From contig JBGQJV010000001.1 in NCBI GenBank assembly GCA_041499215.1, positions 1 through 63,484 on the forward strand: a stretch of 63,484 nucleotides of DNA. The letters are read 5' to 3'. The notes below the pieces were generated by a model. It was not told where the DNA came from. It saw nothing but the letters and a program-made list of their open reading frames with translations, and ran no database searches. The stretch comes from Gemmatimonadota bacterium. GTDB lineage: Bacteria > Gemmatimonadota > Gemmatimonadetes > Gemmatimonadales > GWC2-71-9. Below are positions 1 through 7,407 of the stretch, piece by piece. The position numbers and the translations under genes are program-made. Numbering within the stretch: the stretch's first letter is position 1; every line of letters begins with the position of its first letter.

Positions 1-50
1 ACTCCGGCACGTTCGGCCCCCTAATCCGCACCTGGCGTGAGCATCGCGCC

Positions 51-233
51 ATGGCGCTCAGGCACAAGCTGCTCGCCATCGGCATGATCGCCTTCTCGAT
101 CGGAACCACGGTCGTCTTCTTCATGCCGCACCTCGCCGGCAAGGTGACGCTGAGCACGCTGGGACTCGGCTGGATCGTCGTCCTGCTCCGGATTCCCACG
201 CTGAAGCGGTTATGCCCGCACAGCGAGAAGTGA
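51..233 (+). CDS. small hypothetical membrane protein (60 aa)
   Basis: ORF track. Two hydrophobic stretches (LLAIGMIAFSIGTTVVFF, LGLGWIVVLL). No family recognised. Confidence 0.35.
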   Translation: MALRHKLLAIGMIAFSIGTTVVFFMPHLAGKVTLSTLGLGWIVVLLRIPTLKRLCPHSEK

Positions 234-308
234 GGAATGAGGCGTGAGAAGTGAGGAGTGAGAAGTGAGAAGGGAGAAGCGTGTCAGGAGTGAGGAGTAA
301 GGGGTGAG
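231..308. repeat. degenerate tandem heptamer array, unit GTGAGRA (about 11 units)
   Basis: Read directly: gtgagga atgaggc gtgagaa gtgagga gtgagaa gtgagaa gggagaa ... It fills the spacer between convergent ORFs. The same unit recurs at 58003-58075. Confidence 0.85.
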
Positions 309-338
309 CTGATCGGCTCAGGGCTGACGGCAGCAGAC

Positions 339-950
339 TCACACACCGAGGAGTCGTCGCGTCGCGGCGGCGACGGCAGGCGGAAGCCGCGACCAGTCAC
401 TGCGGACCAGGCGCATCGCGGCTGGATCGGTGGTGTCAACCACGGTCGCGGCCCGGTCACAGGGGGAGTAGTCCGCCCGGTAGCGGCGCTGGGCCGGAAA
501 GTACCGGGCCTCGATCCGGTGAAGCACATCCTCGCGGGTGCGGCCCCGGCCGGTGTCGCGGATCAGGATGCGGCGGGCCGCCTCCTCGAACTCGACCTCG
601 AGGTAGATCAGGGGGCTCACGGAGAACACCGGGAGCCGCAAGGTGAAGACCCCCTCCAGCACGACGGTTGTTCCCGCCGCCGCGATGACATCCACCTCCG
701 CCTGCAGGGCCGCCAGGTCGAAATAGCCGCTCCAGTAGACCTCGGCCTCTCCGCTCGGATCGTCCCAGCTCACCGAAGAGCGGAAGTCGTCCACATGCAC
801 CAGGGCCACGGGGGCGCCTCCGGTGCGCATGGTGTCCACCAGCCGCTCAGCGAAGGTGGTCTTGCCGCTGCCGTCGATCCCGTCCACCAGCACCACCGAG
901 GATTCAGGCGGCCGGCCAGTAGCGCCTGGCAAGGGCACAGAGGGCCTCAT
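339..950 (-). CDS. P-loop NTPase, uridine/nucleoside-kinase-like
   Basis: Walker A VVLVDGIDGSGKTTFAERL. Start placed at the internal Met (MRPSVPL), because the ORF to 1028 would run far into the upstream gene. Start uncertain. Confidence 0.55.
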   Translation of the reverse strand: MRPSVPLPGATGRPPESSVVLVDGIDGSGKTTFAERLVDTMRTGGAPVALVHVDDFRSSVSWDDPSGEAEVYWSGYFDLAALQAEVDVIAAAGTTVVLEGVFTLRLPVFSVSPLIYLEVEFEEAARRILIRDTGRGRTREDVLHRIEARYFPAQRRYRADYSPCDRAATVVDTTDPAAMRLVRSDWSRLPPAVAAATRRLLGV

Positions 951-1743
951 GGCAGCGACCGTTGGAGGAGACGATTCCGCGATGATGCACCGGGTCGGAT
1001 CCGCCGTAGAAGAGCGGTCGCCCATCAACGTCCGTGATTCGCCCGCCGGCCTCGGTAATGATCAGGCCCGGGGCGCAGGAATCCCAGGCCTTCTCCCGGT
1101 CGTGCAGGCAGAGGGTCGCGTCGAGCTCCCCCGCGGCCACCGCCGTCAGCTTCAGGGAGGCGCCCTGCGGCACCGCGTGCCGGCCGAGCGGCGCCTCCGC
1201 CAGCAGCCGGGAGAGACGCGCTCCCGGGGCGCGACGACTCATTCCAACCCGGAATTCATCCAGAGTGGAACCGCCCGATACCGCGATCGATTGTCGACCC
1301 GCCCCATCCTGCCGGAACGCACCCGCGCCTGCGACCGCGTCGAACAGGATGCCGGTCGCGGGCTGGTGGACTACCGCCACCACCGGCCGGTCCGCAACCA
1401 GCAGCGCGATGTGAACGGCAAACTCGGGGGAACCGGCGGCGAAGTCCCGCGTCCCATCCAGCGGATCCACCAGCCAGAGGCGACTGCCGGTCTCCGGCAC
1501 GGGATCGGGCAATTCCTCACTCAGGACCCGGTCACCCGGAAAGGCACCGCGGAGATGGCTCTGGATGATACGGTCCGCTTCCAGATCCAGCCCCGTGACC
1601 GGCGAGCCATCTCCCTTGACCGACGTCCGATGGGTCCGGCCGGCCTCGGGGCCGAGCAGGGCGCCGGCCGCCAGGGCGGCGCCACGGGCGGCCGCGAGTG
1701 CGGCCGCGAGATCAGAGGATGTAACGCCGGAGATCGTCATCAT
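904..1743 (-). CDS. inositol monophosphatase / CysQ-family phosphatase
   Basis: Family motifs WLVDPLDGTRDF and WDSCAPGLIITEAGG. Start taken at MMTISG; the ORF extends to 1785 but that part overlaps the hslU 3' end. Confidence 0.75.
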   Translation of the reverse strand: MMTISGVTSSDLAAALAAARGAALAAGALLGPEAGRTHRTSVKGDGSPVTGLDLEADRIIQSHLRGAFPGDRVLSEELPDPVPETGSRLWLVDPLDGTRDFAAGSPEFAVHIALLVADRPVVAVVHQPATGILFDAVAGAGAFRQDGAGRQSIAVSGGSTLDEFRVGMSRRAPGARLSRLLAEAPLGRHAVPQGASLKLTAVAAGELDATLCLHDREKAWDSCAPGLIITEAGGRITDVDGRPLFYGGSDPVHHRGIVSSNGRCHEALCALARRYWPAA

Positions 1744-3211
1744 CAACGATCTTCTCCAGCCGGCTGCGCACCGCTTCCCGGTCAAAGACGATTTTCTTGT
1801 CGGGGTAGTTGGGCAGCTCGAACAGCACCTCGTCCATCAGCGTGCTCATGACGGTGTGCAGTCGCCGGGCCCCGATGTTCTCCATCCGGTCGTTGGCGAG
1901 CCACGCGACCCGCGCGACTTCCGCGATCCCATCCTCGGTGAATTCGAGATCCGCGCCTTCCGCCGCGACCAGCGCCTTGTATTGCCGGGTGAGGGCGTTC
2001 TCCGGCTCGGTCATGATCCGGACAAAGTCACCCTCGGTGAGCGGGGAGAGCTCCACCCGGATGGGGAATCGCCCCTGCAGCTCGGGAATCAGGTCCGAGG
2101 GCTTGGACACGTGGAACGCGCCCGCGGCGATGAACAGGATGTGATCGGTCCGGACGTAGCCGTACCGGGTCTGGACCGTGGACCCCTCCACGATCGGCAG
2201 CAGGTCCCGCTGCACCCCCTCGCGGGAGACGTCGGGACCCACGGCCGTCCCCCGCTCGCCCGCGATCTTGTCGATCTCGTCGATGAAGAGGATTCCGTGG
2301 TTCTCCACCCGGTCGAGGGCGTCGTTCACCACGTCGTCCATGTCGACCAGCTTCTTGAGCTCCTCGTCCACCAGGATCCGGCGGGCCTCGGGAATGCGCA
2401 CGGTGCGGCGCTTCTTCCGGCGCGGCATCATGTCCTGCAGCATCTCCATGAAGTTGATCTGCTCGCCTTCCATGCCCTGCGGCGGCTGGATCATCTCCAG
2501 CATCGGGTAGCCCTGCGGAGTCACCTCGATCTCCACCTCCCGCTCATCCAGCTTTCCGTCCCGTAGCATCTGGCGCAGTTTCTCCCGGGAGCGGGACCGC
2601 CGCTCCTCCTCCGCAGCGGGCATCGGCTCCTGCCGGGCCTGCCCACCCGGGGCAACGACGAAGATCCCCGGCCGGTCGCCCTTCTCTCCCGGCTCCGCCA
2701 CACGCTCCATCCGGAGCGGGGTCGGCGGAGGCAGCAGGATGTCGAGCAGCCGCTCCTCGGCTCGCTGCTCGGCGGTGGGATACACGTCGTCCTCTCGCTC
2801 GGCGCGTACCATGCTGATCGCGGAGTCCACCAGCTCGCGCACCATCGACTCGGCGTCCCGTCCCACGTAACCGACCTCGGTGAACTTCGAGGCCTCTACT
2901 TTCACGAACGGCGCGCCCGCCAGCCGCGCCAGCCGGCGGGCGACCTCGGTTTTGCCTACTCCCGTGGGGCCGATGAGAATGATGTTGTACGGAGTGATCT
3001 CGTCGCGGATCTCGTCGGGAGTCTGAGCCCGGCGCCACCGGTTCCGGATCGCGATAGCCACCGCGCGTTTGGCCTGTTCCTGACCGACGATATAGCGGTC
3101 CAGCTCCGCCACGATCTGGCGCGGCGGAAGCTCCTCCAGCCAGGGCGGCGGTGGGGGCGTCTGATCCGGTTGCAGCTCCGGGGCATTCAGCTCCGGTTCA
3201 GAACTGGTCAT
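1712..3211 (-). CDS. hslU: ATP-dependent protease ATPase subunit HslU
   Basis: IVAELDRYIVGQEQAKRAVAIAIRNRWRR, Walker A GPTGVGKTEVARRLA, C-terminal DDDLRRYIL. Start at MTSSEPEL (residue 25 of the ORF). Confidence 0.95.
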   Translation of the reverse strand: MTSSEPELNAPELQPDQTPPPPPWLEELPPRQIVAELDRYIVGQEQAKRAVAIAIRNRWRRAQTPDEIRDEITPYNIILIGPTGVGKTEVARRLARLAGAPFVKVEASKFTEVGYVGRDAESMVRELVDSAISMVRAEREDDVYPTAEQRAEERLLDILLPPPTPLRMERVAEPGEKGDRPGIFVVAPGGQARQEPMPAAEEERRSRSREKLRQMLRDGKLDEREVEIEVTPQGYPMLEMIQPPQGMEGEQINFMEMLQDMMPRRKKRRTVRIPEARRILVDEELKKLVDMDDVVNDALDRVENHGILFIDEIDKIAGERGTAVGPDVSREGVQRDLLPIVEGSTVQTRYGYVRTDHILFIAAGAFHVSKPSDLIPELQGRFPIRVELSPLTEGDFVRIMTEPENALTRQYKALVAAEGADLEFTEDGIAEVARVAWLANDRMENIGARRLHTVMSTLMDEVLFELPNYPDKKIVFDREAVRSRLEKIVDDDDLRRYIL

Positions 3212-3233
3212 GCAGTCCATTCCTGGGAAGCGT

Positions 3234-4304
3234 TCACAGCGTCTGGAGCGACGGCCGCCCGAGAGAGGCGGAGGGCCTCCCACGGTTCAGGTCATCGATA
3301 CCCGCCTGCTTCTGGAGGGGGAATCTAACCCGGCGAGCTCGGCGAGCGTCCGGATGGTGCGGGTCAGCGATAAATGGTGTCGATGCCCAGGATTGCGCCG
3401 GTGCTGTCCTCCCTGGCCCGCAGCACCAGCCCGGTCGCGAACCGCCCGGCCCTTGGACGGGCCTCGAGCCAGAGCTGGCGCCGGCGCTGGAGCAGCAGTT
3501 GGGGTCTCCCTCCCGGTAGACCGGGGTGAAGTACCAGAGACCGCCTCCGGGCGCCAGAGTGAGGACACCCGCTCGTTCTCCCATGCCCGGTTCGCCGGCG
3601 ACCGGGATCCACCCCTTGAACAACGTCTCGTTCTTCTGGAGCGCCCCCGGCGGAACAGTGAAATCCGGCCCGCTCCAGCAGCGCAGCTTGCCCCCGGTGA
3701 CCGCCAGCGCGCAGGACTCGAACGCGGCGCCGGTACCGTAGATCCGGTTGAGATAGAAGAGCTCGTCCGTGCCGTCGCCATCGAAATCGATGGCGAGAGC
3801 GGTGTCCAGCCCGGCGGCCCCGGGCTCGGCCGCGTTGGAGAGGGCAAAGATCGGGGGACTGGTCGGCGCGGTGTCGCGTCGGAGCAGCAGGAAATGAAGC
3901 GGCCAGACGATACTGTCGCCCACAAAGGCACCCCCCTGGGGCCCGCAGCGGCGCCACTCCGCGGCCCGGAGGACGCCGTCGGCCTGGCGGACCCGGAATG
4001 CGCGGGCGACGGGGCACGCCGTGGCGGTGGAATCAATCCGGTGGAGGCAGGCGCGAAGAGAGTCGAGCGAGGTGGTCTGGTAGAAGCCGCAGTCGCCCGG
4101 GAACAGGCTGTCCAATCCGGGGGGCGGATCCCGGAGCAGGACTCTCTGACAGGCGGCCAGCTCCGTTGAGTCGGTTCGCTCCCATGGGCCGCACAGGCCC
4201 GGGGTGAGGACGTCGTGGTCAGCCGACGCCGCGGGCACCTCTCCGCGGGGTCCGGAGCAGGCGAGAACAAGCAGCAGGGCGAGACCGGGAAGGCGAGTGG
4301 ACAT
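3234..4304 (-). CDS. lipoprotein with an Asp-rich FG-GAP/VCBS-like motif; 3' end probably frameshifted (likely true stop at 3364)
   Basis: Lipobox LLLVLACSG. DFDGDGTDELF motif. After about 3490 third-position GC drops in this frame. The overlapping frame (ORF 3364..4017) reads a coding-like tail LWLEARPRAGRFATGLVLRAREDSTGAILGIDTIYR. Confidence 0.5.
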   Translation of the reverse strand: MSTRLPGLALLLVLACSGPRGEVPAASADHDVLTPGLCGPWERTDSTELAACQRVLLRDPPPGLDSLFPGDCGFYQTTSLDSLRACLHRIDSTATACPVARAFRVRQADGVLRAAEWRRCGPQGGAFVGDSIVWPLHFLLLRRDTAPTSPPIFALSNAAEPGAAGLDTALAIDFDGDGTDELFYLNRIYGTGAAFESCALAVTGGKLRCWSGPDFTVPPGALQKNETLFKGWIPVAGEPGMGERAGVLTLAPGGGLWYFTPVYREGDPNCCSSAGASSGSRPVQGPGGSRPGWCCGPGRTAPAQSWASTPFIADPHHPDARRARRVRFPLQKQAGIDDLNRGRPSASLGRPSLQTL

Positions 4305-4393
4305 GGATGGCCGCTGGTCTATCCGACGCTTAGTGCAGACTCGGACGCACAGACCGCCCGGAGCCCCCGACCCCGACCCCCGACACCCAGCCC

Positions 4394-4927
4394 CTACAAC
4401 TCCAGAATCGTGAGATTCCGGTTGGTAAACACGCAGATTTCCGCCGCGATCTCCAGGGAACGCTGCACGATGTCTCGCGCCGACAGGTCGGGGAGCGAGG
4501 CCAGTGCCCTCGCCGCGGCGAGGGCGTAGTTGCCGCCGGAGCCGACCGCCAGGATTCCGTCATCGGGTTCGATCAGCTCTCCACCCCCGGAGAGCAGGTA
4601 GGTGTGCTCCACGTCGCTCACCACCAGCAGCGCCTCCAGCCGACGGAGCACCCGGTCGCTGCGCCAGTCCTTGGCAAGCTCCACCGCGGCCCGGCCCAGA
4701 TTGCCGGGATGGCGCTCCAGCTTCTCCTCGAACTTCTCGTATAGCGTGATGGCATCCGCCACGGACCCGGCGAACCCGGCCAGCACCTTCCCCCCCTTGA
4801 GGGTGCGCACCTTGGTGGCGTTGGCCTTCACGATGGTGTCACCGATGCTGACCTGACCGTCGCCGCCAAGAGCGACGCGACCATTCTTGCGGACGGCCAG
4901 GATGGTGGTGCCGTGGTATTGCTGCAA
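4394..4927 (-). CDS. hslV: ATP-dependent protease subunit HslV
   Basis: [23 protein letters not shown] and [14 protein letters not shown]. Start proposed at TTG (L19 of the ORF), preceded by GGGAGGCAGG. This gives MQQYHGTTI, which resembles the Bacillus ClpQ short propeptide. Confidence 0.9.
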   Translation of the reverse strand: MQQYHGTTILAVRKNGRVALGGDGQVSIGDTIVKANATKVRTLKGGKVLAGFAGSVADAITLYEKFEEKLERHPGNLGRAAVELAKDWRSDRVLRRLEALLVVSDVEHTYLLSGGGELIEPDDGILAVGSGGNYALAAARALASLPDLSARDIVQRSLEIAAEICVFTNRNLTILEL

Positions 4928-5010
4928 ACCTGCCTCCCTGGAGGGCGGGCACGGCAAGGTGGGTCTTCGTGGTCGCCGCACAGCTGTGCGGCGACACGAG
5001 GCCCACCCCG

Positions 5011-5769
5011 TCAGGCTCGCGGATGCGCCTGCTGATACACCTTCTTCAGCCGCTCCACGCTGGTGTGGGTGTAGATCTGGGTCGTGCTGAGGCTGGCGTG
5101 GCCGAGCAGCTCCTGCACCGCGCGGAGGTCCGCCCCCGCGTCCAGCAGATGGGTGGCGAAGGTGTGCCTGAGCGAATGGGTGCGGAGCGCATTCCCTCCG
5201 ACAGTATCGAGCGCGCGATGCACGATCCGCTGCACGGTTCGCGGCGTGAGCCGTCGGCCCCGCCGCCCCAGGAACACCGCCCGGCGGTCTGCGCCAGGAC
5301 GGGCGGCGTCGGTTTCACGGAGCTCGAGGTAGTGTCTCAGGGCCCGACTGGCCCGGGATCCGAGCGGCACCAGCCGTTCCTTGCGGCCCTTCCCCCGCAC
5401 CTTCACCTGGTCGCTCAGCAGATCCAGGTCGAGCAGGTTGAGCCCGGTGAGCTCGGACAGGCGGAGCCCGCTTGAATAGAACAGCTCAAGGATCGCCAGA
5501 TCCCTCACCGCTCTGGAATCCCCGCCGGCGGCCCGGCCTTCGGCCCCGGCGAACAGCGCGTCGGTGCGGTCGCGGTCGAGGTACCCCGGCAGATGCCGTT
5601 CCGGCCGCGGGGCCTTGGCGGCGCGGACCGGGGAGTGTTCGAGACCATGGTGGGCCTGCAGGAAGCGATAGAGCGAGCGGACCGCGGAGAGCGCCCGGGC
5701 CATCGAGCGCTTGGAGAGTCCGCGCCGCTGCATCTCGCCGAGAAAGCCACGCACCCCCAGCCGGTCCAC
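5011..5769 (-). CDS. xerC: tyrosine recombinase XerC/XerD family (minimal ORF; conserved N-terminus continues upstream without a canonical start)
   Basis: [28 protein letters not shown]. Synteny trmFO-xerC-hslVU. See the finding on 5770-5943. Confidence 0.9.
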   Translation of the reverse strand: MDRLGVRGFLGEMQRRGLSKRSMARALSAVRSLYRFLQAHHGLEHSPVRAAKAPRPERHLPGYLDRDRTDALFAGAEGRAAGGDSRAVRDLAILELFYSSGLRLSELTGLNLLDLDLLSDQVKVRGKGRKERLVPLGSRASRALRHYLELRETDAARPGADRRAVFLGRRGRRLTPRTVQRIVHRALDTVGGNALRTHSLRHTFATHLLDAGADLRAVQELLGHASLSTTQIYTHTSVERLKKVYQQAHPRA

Positions 5770-5940
5770 CCGACCGAAGTCCCAGTCCCCCCCGGTGTGA
5801 CGGTCCAGGAATTCGGTGAACGCTTCCAGGTCGCGGCGATAGGCCTTGACCGTATGACCCGAGACTTGGCGCTCCTTCTCGAGGTGCTCGAGGAAGGCGG
5901 CGACCTCAGGACGGACGGGCGGACGGGCGGACCGTTTCGG

Positions 5941-7407
5941 TCATAGACTCAGGCACCTGAGCCACTCCGCGAAGTCTGCCCGGGCCCGCTCTACCAGCAG
6001 CCGCTTCTTCATCTCCTTGCCCTTCTGACCGCCTGACCGCCTGGCCGCTTCCGGTCCCAGCACTTCGATGAGTCCCCAGTTTGCGTTCATGGGCTGGAAG
6101 TGCATAGGGTCGGCCTCTCGAAGATAGCGGTACAGCGCCCCGAGCATCGTGGTCGGCGGTGGGACGGTCACCGACTTCCCCGCCAGCCGCCGCGCGAGGT
6201 TGATCCCCGCCAGCAGCCCGGTGCCGAGCGACTCGGTGTAGCCCTCCACTCCAGTGAGCTGACCGGCGAAGAACAGAGTCTCGTCGTCCCGCGCAGTGAG
6301 GCCGGGGCCGAGACACGCGGGGCTGTTGATGTAACTGTTGCGATGAATGCTGCCATGACGCAGGAAATCCGCCCCTTCCAGTCCGGGAATCATCCCGAAG
6401 ACCCGTTTCTGCTCCGGGATGCGGAGGCGGGTCTGGAACCCCACCAGGTTCCACATCTGCCCCGCCCGGTCTTCCCGGCGAAGCTGCACCACTGCCCAGG
6501 GCTCCCGGCCGGACCTCGGATCCGGCAGGCCGACCGGTTTCATCGGCCCGAAGCGCAGGGTCTCGGGTCCCCGCCGGGCCATCTCTTCCACCGGCAGGCA
6601 GCCTTCGAAGTAGGGCACCTGGTCGAACTCATGCGCGGTGAACTGGTCGGCGGTCGTGAGCGCCGCGATGAACGCCTCGTACTCCTCGCGGGTCATGGGC
6701 GCGTTGAGGTAGTCGTCGCCCTCGCCCTTGCCATACCGCGAGAGGGCATAGAGCCGGGAGTGGTCCAGCGACTCATCGCTGACGATCGGCGCGATGGCGT
6801 CGTAGAAGGCCAGCGCGGTAACAGCGGCCGAGCCGGGCGGGGGCGAAAGTGCGGTCGCCGGTGTGGCCCCTGAGGGCACTGTGCCGGCCGGTGGGATTGG
6901 CGGGGCTTGGCCACCGGCCGGCCCAGTGCCCGAGCCCGAGTCGCCGATGCGGGCGAGGATTGCACTCGCCAGCGCCGGAGAGGTGAGCGGCCCCGTGGCC
7001 ACCACCCCCGGAGAAGGAAGGTCGACGACCTCACCGCGCTCGAGCGTAATGCGGGGATGGCTGGTCAGTTGGGCATGCACTCGCCCGGAAAAAACCGCCC
7101 GGTCCACCGCGAGGGCGGCCCCCGCCGGGACCCGGGCCTCGTCCGCCACGGGCAGCAGCAGACTCCCGAGCGCGCGCAACTCGGCTTTGAGCAGGCCGTG
7201 GGCGTTGGAAAGTTCGGTGGACTTGAAGGAGTTGCTGCAGACCAGCTCGGCCAGCTGATCGGTCTGGTGCGCGGCGGTTCGGACAGTGGGGCGCATCTCC
7301 CGGAGCCGCACCCGGACCCCCCGCTCTGCCAGGGCCCAGGCTGCTTCCGAGCCTGCGAGCCCCCCGCCCACCACCGTGACGACCGGGGTGCGGGAGGCCG
7401 GGCTCAC
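5941..7407 (-). CDS. trmFO: methylenetetrahydrofolate--tRNA-(uracil-5-)-methyltransferase TrmFO
   Basis: FAD motif VVGGGLAGSEAAWALA, CSNSFKS, FFAGQLTGVEGYTES. 4-nt overlap with the topA stop. Confidence 0.93.
   Translation of the reverse strand: MSPASRTPVVTVVGGGLAGSEAAWALAERGVRVRLREMRPTVRTAAHQTDQLAELVCSNSFKSTELSNAHGLLKAELRALGSLLLPVADEARVPAGAALAVDRAVFSGRVHAQLTSHPRITLERGEVVDLPSPGVVATGPLTSPALASAILARIGDSGSGTGPAGGQAPPIPPAGTVPSGATPATALSPPPGSAAVTALAFYDAIAPIVSDESLDHSRLYALSRYGKGEGDDYLNAPMTREEYEAFIAALTTADQFTAHEFDQVPYFEGCLPVEEMARRGPETLRFGPMKPVGLPDPRSGREPWAVVQLRREDRAGQMWNLVGFQTRLRIPEQKRVFGMIPGLEGADFLRHGSIHRNSYINSPACLGPGLTARDDETLFFAGQLTGVEGYTESLGTGLLAGINLARRLAGKSVTVPPPTTMLGALYRYLREADPMHFQPMNANWGLIEVLGPEAARRSGGQKGKEMKKRLLVERARADFAEWLRCLSL

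Noticed and set aside
5011-5769. xerC as the integrase of a mobile or genomic island.
   Set aside because: It sits in the conserved housekeeping synteny trmFO-xerC-hslVU. I saw no flanking att-like direct repeats, no tRNA and no cargo genes.
5941-5943. The idea that TGA is recoded (sense codon or selenocysteine), which would make TrmFO-XerC a single protein.
   Set aside because: TGA clearly terminates many well-defined genes here (for example hslU, aroC, pilB) at the expected protein ends. No SECIS-like hairpin is evident. Kept only as a low-probability read-through option in the finding.
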